A DNA stretch of 64,000 bases from positions 6,076,001 to 6,140,000 of the forward strand of contig CM106586.1 of NCBI GenBank assembly GCA_048013815.1. Reading direction: 5' to 3'. The translations under genes were made by a program, and so were the position numbers. The notes below the pieces were generated by a model, which saw only the letters and a program-made list of their open reading frames with translations, searched no databases and was not told the origin of the DNA. Source of the DNA: Setoptus koraiensis (lineage: Eukaryota > Animalia > Arthropoda). Positions 13,478 to 26,600 of this stretch are shown here, piece after piece; the stretch's first letter is position 1, and each line of letters starts with the position of its first letter.

Positions 13478-16296
13478 GGCTCACGATGGCGGCCATTATG
13501 TGCCGGCCGAGCTGGCTGGCTGGCTGACATAATAACACACAAAACCAAACAAACGGATAAACGCAAAAGCAGAGCGGACAAAAGTGTTATCAATATGAAA
13601 CTGTGTTAATGTGTATACATGACCAACAAATTGCAATTAATGCAAACAAACTCGGCGAGACTGTCGGCGCAGAGTTAAATGACAGCCAGTCGCCGCCAGT
13701 CACCGGCTCACACGGCTCAAATGGCTCAACTGGCGGCAGCTATTCGCAATTTGTTGTCCTTGTGTATTGTTTATCTAACACTCTCTCCTCGCCAGCTATC
13801 CGCTGCAACTCATCCGACGCAACGCGGCCGACGCAACGCAGCCGAGGCAACGCAACCGACGCAACGCAACCGAGCCGCCAACTTGTGCCAACAACAACGG
13901 CAACGGCAACGGCAACTCACCATCCCGGCGACAACACTAAAACAGATGCCATACGTTACATTGCGTCGCATGTTATATATTATATTTAATTGCTTGCGCA
14001 ACACATAGAAGCAGCGACGAGCCAACATCAACAAGCAGCCAACAAACACAAACACACTGACAGCCATGACTTGGCGAGCCACGCTGATGCAACACACACT
14101 CATTAGCTCGCTCTCATTCAATCGACGGCAGCCATAGTTATCTCTATGCCAATTAATTATCCAATCGATGCTCACTTGCCGTTGTCGCTCACATTCTAAT
14201 TCTCGTTGGCCTCGTTGCCGCCGTTGCCGCCGTTGCCGCCGTCGCCGCCGTCGCCGCCGTTGTTGTTGTTGGCAGCCATGTAATACAATATGCTCACACA
14301 CACACACACAAACGAGAGCAAGAGAGAGCGAGGGATAAATTAAATCATATTATATAATATGATGATGCCGACTTTTGTCGTGCTCGCTCGTGGCCTGCTC
14401 CCAGTGCCATTCGAGTCAGTGTGCCATTCGAGTCAGTGTGCGGCCGATCGCCGGAAACTGCGCCCATGCGGCAACACGCTCGCCCAAATTGCCGGCAAAA
14501 AGCGCACGCGTGAGCATCAAGCTTGCGCCCGTCTCACTGGGCCCAACATTGTGCTCTGGCACTATTGTGCACTGTTGTGCACTATTGCGCAATATAGCGC
14601 AATATTGCGCAATGTTCCCGGCACAGACCGTTGGAGTTGCGATGGGCGCCTCTGACGAGCAGGCACGCTCAATGCGCTCACAGTCGGACTGCGCGCCGTT
14701 TGTAACGCGACTGTTGGCGATGCGCCTAATCAAAGCTCCGCCAATGTCGCCCCTCTCCACAGTGTGCACAGTTGCATTGTCTGTCTGTTGACACTATTGG
14801 CAGTCAAACAAACTTGTAAGCCGTTGTGATCAAACTAACAAAATGCCAACTAATTCCCGTGCCTGTCGTTGACAAACAAACGACAAATCAACCGGAAGTT
14901 GCCGGTCTATCAGTTGATCAGTGTTAGTTGACGGCAGCGGCGGCGGCAGCTTGTCAGTGTCTGTCAGTTGTTGCACCTGTTAGTGTGTGTGTGTGTGTGT
15001 TAGTTGTTGTTTATCCAATTAGGCGATATCACGTAGACTGTTTACACTTGTTTGCAGTGTGGCTCATCCACGGCGACTGGCCTTTGGCAAGCTATGACTG
15101 TCACAGGCTGCGACTTGGCTGTCACTACGCCATCACTATGCCATCGCTGGGCTCTCGTTACATAACAGTGAGTGTGTGATCCAATTTTGCGATGAATTAA
15201 TTCATTTTCAGCATTATTCAATCAACATCTGGCGCTGATATTGTGGCGCAGACAGCGTGTAGTTTGTGTTAGTCGCTGTGCAAACTTGGCGCCCGCTAAA
15301 CTGGCGCAGATGCTAGATAAAAATCAGAGTCTGAGAATTACAATTGCCACTCTGTTAGAGTTAGGTCATGTGTGCGTTCTCACCAATGGGCCTAACACAC
15401 ACACACACACACACATGACCCAACACTGACACTGCGAACCGATTGGCCGTTGCTCGCTCTTGCTGCGCAACTCTGCATAGGTAAATCAATTATCAATTGT
15501 TGTTTTTGTTGCCAGTTGCAACAACGTGAGCTTGCAACTCGCCGACGACGCCTGATCTAATTTAATTGCGACTCCAACATTGCACAGGCTATGAAATAAA
15601 ATGAAGCTTGACTTTTGTTTTTGCGCATTGTTTTTTGCTGGCCGGCCCAGACTGGCTCGTCAGCTCACTTGTTGTTACACTCGCTTCAGCTCGCTTTTAC
15701 AAGTTGTAAGTTACAACTGACTCAAATTGTCAGCGCCGATTGTCAGCGAGCGATTGCGCAACTTTTTAAATTGCGAGCCTCACTGTGGTCGCATGTCACA
15801 GCGCGAATGGTGCAAGGAAGCCAGCGAAAAAGTGTCAAAGCTGCCAAATGTAAATTGGCAACAAAAAGAAACAGAAATTTCACAAGTTCGTCACACAAGC
15901 GGCCAGCACGAAAACCGTTACTTTGCATTAGTGCAAGTCAGCTGATAACGCGCATTGTGTGTGTCTGTGTTTGGCACAAATATATAGCATTATGTGCAAG
16001 ATGGATATAAATTGATGACGTAATAGCCTGTTATGTGTAGTGCACCTGTTATCGAGTGAGCCGTTGCCTACAAAGGCCGCCAGACGACACACACACACAC
16101 ACACACGCACACACGGTTGCGGTGGTTGCAACAACGACGCTGTTTATCATTAGTTAGTCGCCGGTGTGGTTGAATTGTGTGTTTACTTGCCATCATCGGC
16201 TTGCGAGTCATGGTCGTCATTGGCGGTATGTGACATCAATTAATATTTGACATTAGTTAGTTAAAGTGCTGTCAGCGTTTGCAACGTCACACAACA

Positions 16297-16331
<35 letters not shown>

Positions 16332-18523
16332 AACAGCGACAACAGCGACAACAGCGACAACAGCAACAACCAAAACGACAACGAAAAGGCCGCCCAGATG
16401 AAACATTGATTGTCGCGCTTGCGTCTGGCAGCAACAGCGGCGCAGCCAGCGTAATGAGGCGCAATCATGCAAATTTATTTTCATTATACTCGTATTTATA
16501 TCATGTTATACTATAAAAGGTACCTACACACCAAGCGTGCGATAGCTAATATTAGGGCGGCGATAACTGGGCGAATGCGATACGGTTATCGCGCATCGTA
16601 TCACACTCGGCGGCCATCAACGGCCGGCCTTACGCAAGCCAGCCAGCCAGCCCGCAAAGATAAGAGATCTCATATCGTTCAAAAATTTAATCTGACGCTC
16701 CATTGCAATGCCAGTGTTGTGACACAAACTTGTGTGACAACACTGGCCGGCTGCCACTCGCAACTGGCAGCTAGCGACCAGCCAGCGCCGTAATCCTAAT
16801 TAATTAATGGCCCCGTTAATGGCCTCATCTCTAATCATGTCTGTCTGGCTTGCTCTTTGTTTGTGTATCAACAGCAACCAACAGCGAGCTTGTTGCAGCG
16901 ACACGATTATTCAATGGAATGGCGGGCCATTCTCGATTGCATCACCGACAACAAAACAGGTGAAAACAGCTGACACAGTCCGGTTGAGCGGGCGCATTCA
17001 CATGTGGATATATCGCACATATATCACACATATAAATATCACATATATCTCATATATCACATGCAAATATCACATATTTCGCGCACATACAATTGAGAGC
17101 GCGCCTATTCCAACAACTTGTTAGAGAGGCAATGGCATGTGAGGCCATTGGAAAAAGCTGACACAGTAAGCAAATGCCGAGTGTGTGTGTATTGTCTGTT
17201 TCTGCTGATGACAGCCAACATCCCGTACAGCCCAACATCCCATAAAGCACACGAAGCCGGCCAGACAGGTGAATAGCGCGGTGTGTCACATCGCGCTTGA
17301 CGGGCAACAATGAGCGACACACACATAGCTGAATAGTAGCAGTTGATCATCATGATTCGCATGATGAATATTCAATTTATTAATATATTTTATTTTTGTA
17401 AATTCTCCTCTCTCTTTGGGCTGTCACTTGTTTTTCTTCTCCCATTCTATTTATATGTATGTATGCAGCCACACACACATCCCATTGCCATCCGCTAACA
17501 ACCACGACAACAACAACAGCAACAACAACGGCAACAACAACGGCAACAACGGCAACAACAGCGCCGACAACAACGACAACAGGCAAGCCAAACAGCTAAT
17601 CGCCGGCTAATCAGCCTGTCCCGCGGTGTGCGTGTCGGTGTTTTCTGCGGGCGGGCCGGCGGGCGGGCAGCGGCAAAATATCGGAGCCCGGTAGGCGTGA
17701 CTGAATGGCTAAACACAAAATGACAGTGACACACAAATGTGACATAAGTGACACAAGTGACTCCTCCTATTATCGCTTTACCTCTTTCCCGTTGGCCCCC
17801 TCGGTTGTGCGCCGCTCAGCTGGCCGCTGACTGTTAGCCAGCTTGCCAAGACAATATGCACACACAATGGACGGGATAAATTAATGATGGAATTCACTCG
17901 ATGGTGCAATATGGCCGCCTCACACAATGTCAGCCAGCCAGATGAGTGGCTGTTCGCCGGCACCAACAGCAGCAGTAGCAACAGCACCAACAACTGCACC
18001 AACAACTGCAGCTACAACAACGGCAACAACAGCAACAACAACGGCAACAACAGCCACAACAGCGGCTACAACAATTTGTTGCCAGTGTTCATGCAGTATG
18101 TACTGGCAGTATGTCAATCATAGCCAGTCGGCAGCAGCAGCAACAGCAACCACAACGCCAACAGCAACGCCAGCAGCAGCAGCAGCCATTGCAAACGAGC
18201 CAAACTGCAAACAGTCGGGGTGGAGTCTAATCAAGATTGAAATAACAATGATGATGTATTTATTGCGTAATAATGCTAAAATGGCCACCAGGGGAAAGAA
18301 GTCATCATCTGTTGTCGGTGTTGCCGTTGTTGTTGGCGTTGCCGTTGTTGCTGTTGCTGTTGTTGTCGATCGAGGCTTCTTTCTCTCTCTATCGCTCTTT
18401 TGTCAGTTTAGTGCCAGCTAGCGAGTCAGTTTGCTCTTTTGCACCATCATGGCAACATCACACACAATCGCAATGTTGTTTATTCGTCATCGTCGGCGTC
18501 GTCGTCGCTGTTGCTGCCGCTGT

Positions 18524-18558
<35 letters not shown>

Positions 18559-19422
18559 GAGCAACTCTCACAGCAAGTCTATAATATCGCTCTTATTTTA
18601 TCATGTTATGTAATGTAATGTTAGCAGCTCATTCATATTCAGCCAGTCAAACGTGCCATGTCATAATAGTAGTGCCATAGTTGCACCAATACAAATTGTC
18701 TCGCCATCGGGCGCCTATCAAATATCGGCCAGCAACAACAATCATTAATTGTTGCTATTAATTGTCTATCCTCATACTAACAAACACACACACACAAACA
18801 CACTTGCAACAACAATTAAAACAGTGGCGGCCATTGTTTTGCGGCAACAGCAGCGCCAAATCGATCCCGATAATTCAGATCACAATCAAAGTTGCCTGTA
18901 CCGGCCAATACAACAACTAAAGCCAACAACATCCACTAACAACAACATCATCATCAAGCTTTGATACAACGGCCACTCAACGGCACACTCAAGCTGCTTG
19001 CAAGTTGCAACCGCGTTAATTAATCCAAATTAAATTTGCAAACAAACAGCAAATTTTTCTTACACAACTCATCAGCTGTGTGCCATCAGATATTCCAATT
19101 CAGCCACACATATTGCAATTTTGAGCCATAAATCAAACGCCAATTGGCTCAAAATTGGTCATCATTTGCAAACGGCCCAGGTGACCGGCCCACTATACCC
19201 GGTCACCTGGACAACAGCGTGTGACAATAGCAAAAACTTCATTCTGTCATGACTCGACAATGTTCAGTAGCGAAATTGTAGCATCATCGTTCGCTTGTCA
19301 CAGATCAAATTCAATCTCCCATTTGCATGCTCTTGTTGTCCGAATGAATAGATACAATGGTGAGTATTGCCCAATTGCGGCCACAACAGATACAAACATC
19401 AGCATCAATTATTATTATTCAA

Positions 19423-19510
19423 GCATCGCTCGGCTTGAAACTTTGTCTCGACCTCTGGCCGTAACGTTGCCCAAAGATTAGGTGAGCAAAGTTTCAGGTG
19501 TATCGGTGCC
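19423..19510 (+). ncRNA. mir-87: microRNA precursor mir-87 (mature 3p arm about 19482-19503)
   Basis: 19482-19503 GTGAGCAAAGTTTCAGGTGTAT matches recalled arthropod miR-87-3p (GUGAGCAAAGUUUCAGGUGUGU) at 21/22 nt. The 5p arm CGGCTTGAAACTTTGTCTCGACCT (19431-19454) pairs with it, and basal pairing extends to GCATCG/CGGTGC. Confidence 0.9.
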
Positions 19511-20225
19511 TTGATTATCAGCGGCTTACCATCGGCAACCTGTCATACCTATTATGCCTTCCATTGCACAATCGGCTACAACCATTGCAACCACAAACTT
19601 GGACAAGTCCAATCGATCAAACGAGCATGCTAATTACCGCCATCTATGCGTCTTGATTGGTACTGGCGCAAAAACAGAGATATTGATTAATGGATAAACA
19701 CTGTGAATGAACGATCTAAAAAAATTGATTGATGATGGCGATGAGACACATACAACCATCTCGCCAATCAGACAATGATTAATCTATCGGGCAATCGTTG
19801 AGCGTTTACATAGAATTTTTGTGAAAGTCCGGCGAAAAAGTTGATGTAAGTTTGTGATGTAAAAAGTTGATGAGAACACACACATATATTTGTGATGCTG
19901 CATATATACTGATTATTGTTGTTGTTGTCAATATCAAATGTATTATTTGACGGCTTTAATGATTGTTATCTTATGGTTTACACATCTCTATTAGTCATCG
20001 AGAATGTTCAGTATCCAACAATGATGGGAAATGATAAAATTGTTATGATTATCAAGTATTTTCGCCATTCCAACAACAGGTTACATACATAATAATAATT
20101 CAACTTGAAATAAATAATCTAATTGCACCTAATTGTATCTAATTAGAGCCACACACACACACACGCACACACTCTGGCCAAATTATAATCTCATTGAAAC
20201 TGTATTTGTCATACAGTGTTCACTT

Positions 20226-20362
20226 TCATACAGTGGTTGGATTCACTGAATAGGTCCTAATTATCTCTACCACACTAACGAAGCTGCCAGTGATTAAACC
20301 GAGCACTCCGAACATAATCAACAAGATGTTCTTGGCAATGAACAAGGAACGCCAATGTTTTC
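20226..20362 (-). CDS. SLC36A: SLC36 transporter, terminal coding exon 4 of 4 (absent from the ORF track)
   Basis: Acceptor gaatgcAG at 20364-20363 closes a 166-bp intron. My translation is (G)KHWRSLFIAKNILLIMFGVLGLITGSFVSVVEIIRTYSVNPTTV*, matching the last-TM KN..I...G..G...G pattern. Joined CDS is 2226 nt (741 aa plus stop) with all phases consistent. Confidence 0.88.
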
Positions 20363-20528
20363 CTGCATTCGCGGTATATAATATAATGACGTTAATGGCG
20401 TTGGTTGGCGATAATGAAGATGCGATTCGGTAAATTGGTTAGTTAATTAGTGTATAATTAATTAGTTGAAGTAGTGATGCAGAAATTAATTAGCCTCGTT
20501 ACTATTATTATCACTAGTTTACACCTAC

Positions 20529-20690
20529 CTGTCCTAGGTTGTCCTTGGTGGTGCTGGTGCTCGTCGTCGTCACACCAGAAGGTGGTCATTTGAATAATGG
20601 GCGGAAATATTATGGCCAAACTGCTGCTGGCCAATGCTCCGATCAGCGATATAAACAGGTCAAGTCGTGGAATAAGCGCGGCTGCCACAA
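20529..20690 (-). CDS. SLC36A: SLC36 transporter, coding exon 3 of 4
   Basis: Acceptor ttcgacAG at 20692-20691. T|TT restores the frame to [33 protein letters not shown], the TM9-10 signature. Phase-1 donor GTAGGT at 20528. The preceding intron is 6788 bp. Confidence 0.9.
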
Positions 20691-21760
20691 CTGTCGAAAT
20701 GAGCGCATCAGAATCGAGTTGAATTATATCATGGAGACGATGATAGAGGGTATCATAGGGTATAGAGTTAGTTGTGTGATGGCTGATAATGTTTGAGCGT
20801 CAATATTTAATTGAATATCTATCTGAATTTATCTATCAACATCCGTGTTGATTCGAATCAACTCGAGCTGTCAAATCAATTGTGCCCAACATCATGATGA
20901 TTATTACAATTAGATCATGAGTTTTCTGTTGTCGGTGGGCCTGTTGCGATTATCATATTTCGTTCACGCAAAACTTCGTTATGTTGTGCATGACAGATCG
21001 ATCGATCAGATGGGACACACAGTGCCGAGCGAAGTGAGTGTTTGTGTCATTTGAAACAGCTCGTGACAACACCGAAGCTCCACATTGGGCACATCATTTG
21101 TTTAAAATGACCTTGAGATTGGGCCAGCTCGACAGAAGAATTCACTCGCCGGCAGTGAGCGATGCAAGCGAATATCGCCAGAGAAAAGGGCATTCCATCT
21201 AGCGCTTGTCATTCTATCTATGGCATGGATATTTGGTTTTTAACTGCCTCATTCTGTAATTGGCCAGTTGGTGTCTGGTTTGCTGGCGTGTTGCCACTTT
21301 TGGCAACTATCATCGCTAATTCCATTTAACTCTAAATAAAACTCTCTATCGTTTAAGTAAACACACACACACACACACAATGAGGCAACCAGTGGCCAGA
21401 TATGATGCGATGCTGGTGTGATGTGGACGGCGGTTAGACGGGCAGCACGACTGTTAGTCGGCGACTGGCCAGCTCGCTCATTAAGAGATTTGGTGGTTAT
21501 TTCTGAAATATCTGGCCGGTTCGAGAGAGAGAGAGAGCATGTTGCGTAATGCGTTTGAGTTGCCATGTTAGGCGTGGCCCTGCAAATATCTGCACACAGT
21601 AGATAGATTCATTTTCATGCTTGTTTGCATGATGACGAACGGAGTGTCGCTGTCGTTGCCGGCACAAACAGCGATGCCGGCAACATTCACCTGTCGGCCC
21701 GCTATAAGTGGACAACTGCCACTTGTTGTTGCAGCAGTTGTTGTTGTTGTTGTTGATGAT

Positions 21761-21791
<31 letters not shown>

Positions 21792-23608
21792 TTTTGTTCA
21801 ACAACAAACGACAGAAAGAGGGAGAGAGAGAGAGAGAGATGTTGCTGCCGATAGCATGCTGGACTGGTCGTCGTCGGTTGTTGCAACAGCACACTACTGC
21901 ACTACAGACAGTCAGTCAGTCAGCAGGTGATGGCGTCGTATCGATTGTTTGGAGCACACACACACTCACTCGCTCACAGATACAGGTGAGGGCAACCACG
22001 AAACAAGAATCACACAACAATCAAATGGTTCGCTGAGCAACATCAACAGGTGAATCGGGCAAAAAGCCGGCGATGTTGTTGTTGCTGTTGCTGTTCGTCC
22101 TCACCTGATGAGACCAGATGAGTCTGCGAGTTTACGAGCCACAACAAAGCATTGCTGCAGTTGTCGGCCGGCGCTGTTGGCCGGCGCTGTTGCGGCTGCC
22201 ATCGCCGGCATCATCATGCACTCTCACGTAGCCGCTCGGCGGTTGTAGTGATGAAACAATCGATCTTTGTGTGTCTGTGTGTTATATAACCACTTGTTGT
22301 TGTTGTTGTTGTTTTTTCTTCGTCTTCTTCTTCTTCCATTTGAGCTCGCTCGCTTGCTTGTGTCCAGCAACCACCGGTCACTTGCAAGTCACTTTTTTCT
22401 GCCTCCATCAACTCGCCTGTGTGAGTGTGCTCGTTCTCAAGACGACCGACACACACACACACACACAACTAGACAACTGACATTACTCGACAACAACACA
22501 CAGATGCTTCCTCGTACTAGCTCGCCGCCAAAGTTATGCAATAACGCAATTGAACACAACACACACACACACACATGTGATGCAATGTTTCCATCACTAA
22601 TGCCCGGATTGACGTGGATAATCGCACTGCAGCGATGGATATTCATCGCACGGATATCCATTGCGCAAATGGGCGCCCCGTAAATAGTTGATGCGTGGAT
22701 GGCAGCACAGTTGACTCAGGTGAGAGGCGATGCGAGCAATTCGCTGGCGATTTTCGACTTGTTCACACACACACACACACACGCACAGGTAATGTTGCGG
22801 ACACAGTTACAGTACAAAATATTACATAATTCAACAGTTTCGAGTATCGCCTCGCTGTTGCACACGATGATTGTGTGAGCTGTAAGCCGACTAAAAGCTT
22901 TTGTGCCAGCTTTTCACCTTTGGCTCACCTCTATGGCCGGCCAAGTCACCTGTTAAAATAGCTATGGCCAGGTAATAACTGGCAACTAAGCTGGCCAAAG
23001 AGAATTGAGCTGGCGTTGCCGGTGCCGGTCGATGTCACCCAGGGGCGAGCGACACCATTGTGGCGGCTTTGGGCGGACGCGGCGGCGGCCAACGCAAACT
23101 GTTTCTGGCAAACAACAACATGCTCGACATAACAAGTGGCGGCACTTCGTGACTGACCATTGAAAACAATGGACACTGCACAGATAACAGAGCGGATCGA
23201 TAGCAGTTGTATGGCATATGAGCTTGCAGCAATCAAGCAGCCCAACAAGCCGGCGGAGATGCGCCCCGGCTGGCGAGAAGTTTTTTGCTGTGTTGGTATT
23301 CATTTTCGGTTGTTGGCCACCAACACAAACACAGCGGCTGCGCCAGCAACAACAACGACAAGTGGCTGCTAAAACAAGTTGGCTCGCAATTGATAAAATC
23401 GGCGCGTCGGGCCGGCACAATTATGAATGTATGCAAGTGTATCACACTGGCAAGACTCGCCAGAGTCGCAAGCGCACATGATAAAGATCGCCGAGAGAGC
23501 GAGATAAATTCTCGCCGCTTCTCATATCTCCAGTTCGGCTTCGTTTGGGCACCGTGCTTGTGTCCAACTGAATCGCTGTCCGCGCGGCTGCGAGTCACTC
23601 GTAACGAG

Positions 23609-23651
<43 letters not shown>

Positions 23652-26600
23652 AAATGTAAATGAAAACAGAAATGAAAATAATAGTAATGGCAGTTGGCAA
23701 GTGAGTGTGCACAAAGCCATAAAGCGGCTGTGTTATGCAATGTTATGCAATGTTATGGGCATCGGAATGGTTCGCACATTGGAATTCTTTGTTGGCAACT
23801 GCGCATAGCAGTCGATGATACTTGAGAAAAGAACGACGACCTTGCAGCAACGCCTCAGCTCTTGACAGCAGGCCCTGGCGGCGAGCGAGCGCAACAATGG
23901 CAGAGCCGGCAACACCAAAATTGGCCGGCGCCGGCGCAACAGGTGGCTGCGTAGACGAGACTAGTGGTATGTGTGTTGTTGATGTTGAGCAACAGCGGCA
24001 TCAACAACAACAGCAACAGCAACAACGACAGCATCAGCAACAGCAACAACAGCAACGGCAGCATCAACAACAAGTGCGGCGAGAGAAGCAGTTACACTCA
24101 CAACACACACACACACACTCACAACTGGGCAGAAAAATTAAATGGAACAAGTGGCAATGGCAAAGTCAAACGCCGAGGCGAAGGCCACAGCAGAGGCTGC
24201 ACAGAGCGAGAGCCAAAGAACGGACAAGTGGTGGCCACAACGCACACACCAGTTGGCGTAACAAGTGCAACTAGTGCCGCTGTGTTACGCAACACCAACA
24301 ACAATGGCCGCTGTCAATCATGAGCCGGCCAGCGTGAACGCTGAACAAATGCAACAACAAACTAACACAACAGCAGCAACAGCAACAACAACAACAACGA
24401 CAACAACAACAGCAGCAGAGTCGCTCCAATTGCATTTTTCTAATTCGCCGGCCATCGTGAGTGGCGTGGCAGCGGCAGCCTGTTGACTGAGCCGGTTGCG
24501 TTTGTGAACCGAGGCCAGAGAAGCCAAAGAAGCAGCGAAAGAATTTCAAGTGCAACTGACCACGCTCGCCAATCGAACAGGCGCATTTGTTTGGTTCTGG
24601 CAGCCAATTTGTGCCAGTTTCCTATTCCAACATTTTGCAGCCTCTAAGAGTGTGTGAGCACTCGATGCGCACAGCATCACGCTTCATGATATGTAACGCA
24701 AAATATATCCTCTGATATGATTTGCCGGCCAAACAAACCAGAGACAAACCAGTGATTGGGAGCATGGAAAGCTGCCCAGCTGCTTCTTTTGGCACTGGTT
24801 TCGAGAACTCCTCTCAACTTGAGAAACTCTCAACTGAGAAACTCTCAACTGACAATTCGTCTCAGGTGAATCGGCCGGCATGCGACCATCGGAGACTTTT
24901 TTGAGGCAACATTCAAGCACAGTGTTCATAGTGCACGTTGTGACACTGCTTGCAATGTAAACGCAACACAAATTTGTGCATATGAATTGGGGCCCGTCCA
25001 CCAGGGGGCCACACTGTGAAGTTGGTGGTGGCGACACACAGAGAACAATCAAACAGCTGATGATATATATAGCTGATGTAGCAGTTGTGACAATTGCAAC
25101 AGCTAATAAGTGTTGCTGTCAGTGCAGTTTGACTTTGGTCCGGCTGTGAGCTGTCACAAGTTGTGACAACAAACTGGCAGCATCCTTTCAAAGTGACACA
25201 GCTTAATTGTCGGGCATTGTGTAGTTATTTGTAGTGTGCTGATGTCAATGTTTGTGTCGAGAGTTGAGTTTGTAGGCAAAGGCCGCAAATTAACATTTGC
25301 GGTCGCTCGCTGCCGGCCTGTCCTGTGAGGCGCGTCCGACATGCCACCATCGGCAATAATTGGCTCATCATTGGCTCATGTTGCACAATACGATTGCATT
25401 AGCGGCAACCGGAAACTCGGATGGCAACTCGACGAGGACGTTTGTTGCAACAACAACAACAACAACAACAACGCACGCCCCGTTGCCCGGCCGCACCGGC
25501 CAGCTACCAGCTGGACACTGCTGGCCAGTGCGCACTGTCCGCTGGCTGGACACACAGCGACAACAAACAACAACAACAACAAACAACGACAACAAACAGC
25601 GACAGGCAACAGCGACAAACAACAGGTTTGTGCTGTCATTGTCAAACATGAGCTGCCACACTGTTCTGTGTGGCGTCTCTCGATCTGCTGGCAACACCAT
25701 CTGTTGTATTATTTTATATCGGGTCGAAATGTGAAACGGCCTTGCAATGTTGTGTTATGTAATGTTGTGTTGTGTTGTGTTATGTAATGTTGTGCTGTGT
25801 TGTGTTATGTGGTGCAAGCATGTTGACCGTGTGCTGTATGGCCGCATCATCGGAACCAGCGGGCCGGCGTTGGCCTGGCGAGTGTGGCAACTGTAATGGC
25901 TGTTGTGCGCATTCATTCAACAGTGCAAAGTGTGTTACGCAACAACGACAAGCCAGCCGACGAGGCATCAGAGCTTGTGTTGGGCAACGACACAGTCGAC
26001 AGAGAGGATCGTTGCGTAGAGAGTGTGCGCCATCAACGACAACCTAGCCAATTGATATCGGGACAGTGGGAAGCCGTAATAGTGTAATAGCGCACACAAC
26101 TAAACAAAACACAAAAGCTAAACTGCAAAAGTAAACTGACAACTATCAAATTTAAGTACACGCCGATACACACAGTTGGATGATGATCCTTTGTTACGTC
26201 ATGGCGTGGTGGAAATTAGCGACGGCCAACAAAACAACAGACACGGTGAGATATGATTGTCATGTCGGTCGTGTCGTTGCATTGGATCAGCGCGGCAATA
26301 GGATAATTTGCACTCGCAGCTGATGCCCGATTGATTCCCTGTGTGTCGCTTGTTAGTGGGTATTTGTCGGTTGTCGAGTTACTTTCAGTGGATCGTATCG
26401 CGTCGCGTCGGATCGCGTCGGATCGCGTGGATCCGATGGAATCGACTCGTACAATTATCGTCGTTATCTGTTGTTGTCTGTGTGAGCAGTGTGCCGGCTC
26501 ACACACAACGGCACAACTATCACACACAACAACAACAACAACAACAACAGCTACACCTATCAAGGTATCACAATGGACAATTGCGATGCACTCGTTCCAT

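Noticed and set aside
16807-17124. ORF with a signal-peptide-like N-terminus (MASSLIMSVWLALCLC)
   Set aside because: The remainder runs into an ATATC-type repeat and has no recognisable motif; not supportable without expression data.
242-18964. Numerous 60-250-aa ORFs in the left GC-rich block (e.g. 2765-3400, 9243-9998, 10803-11423)
   Set aside because: They overlap in multiple frames, derive from microsatellites (poly-Q/C/V/T, HT repeats) and show no recognisable domain. High GC suppresses stops.
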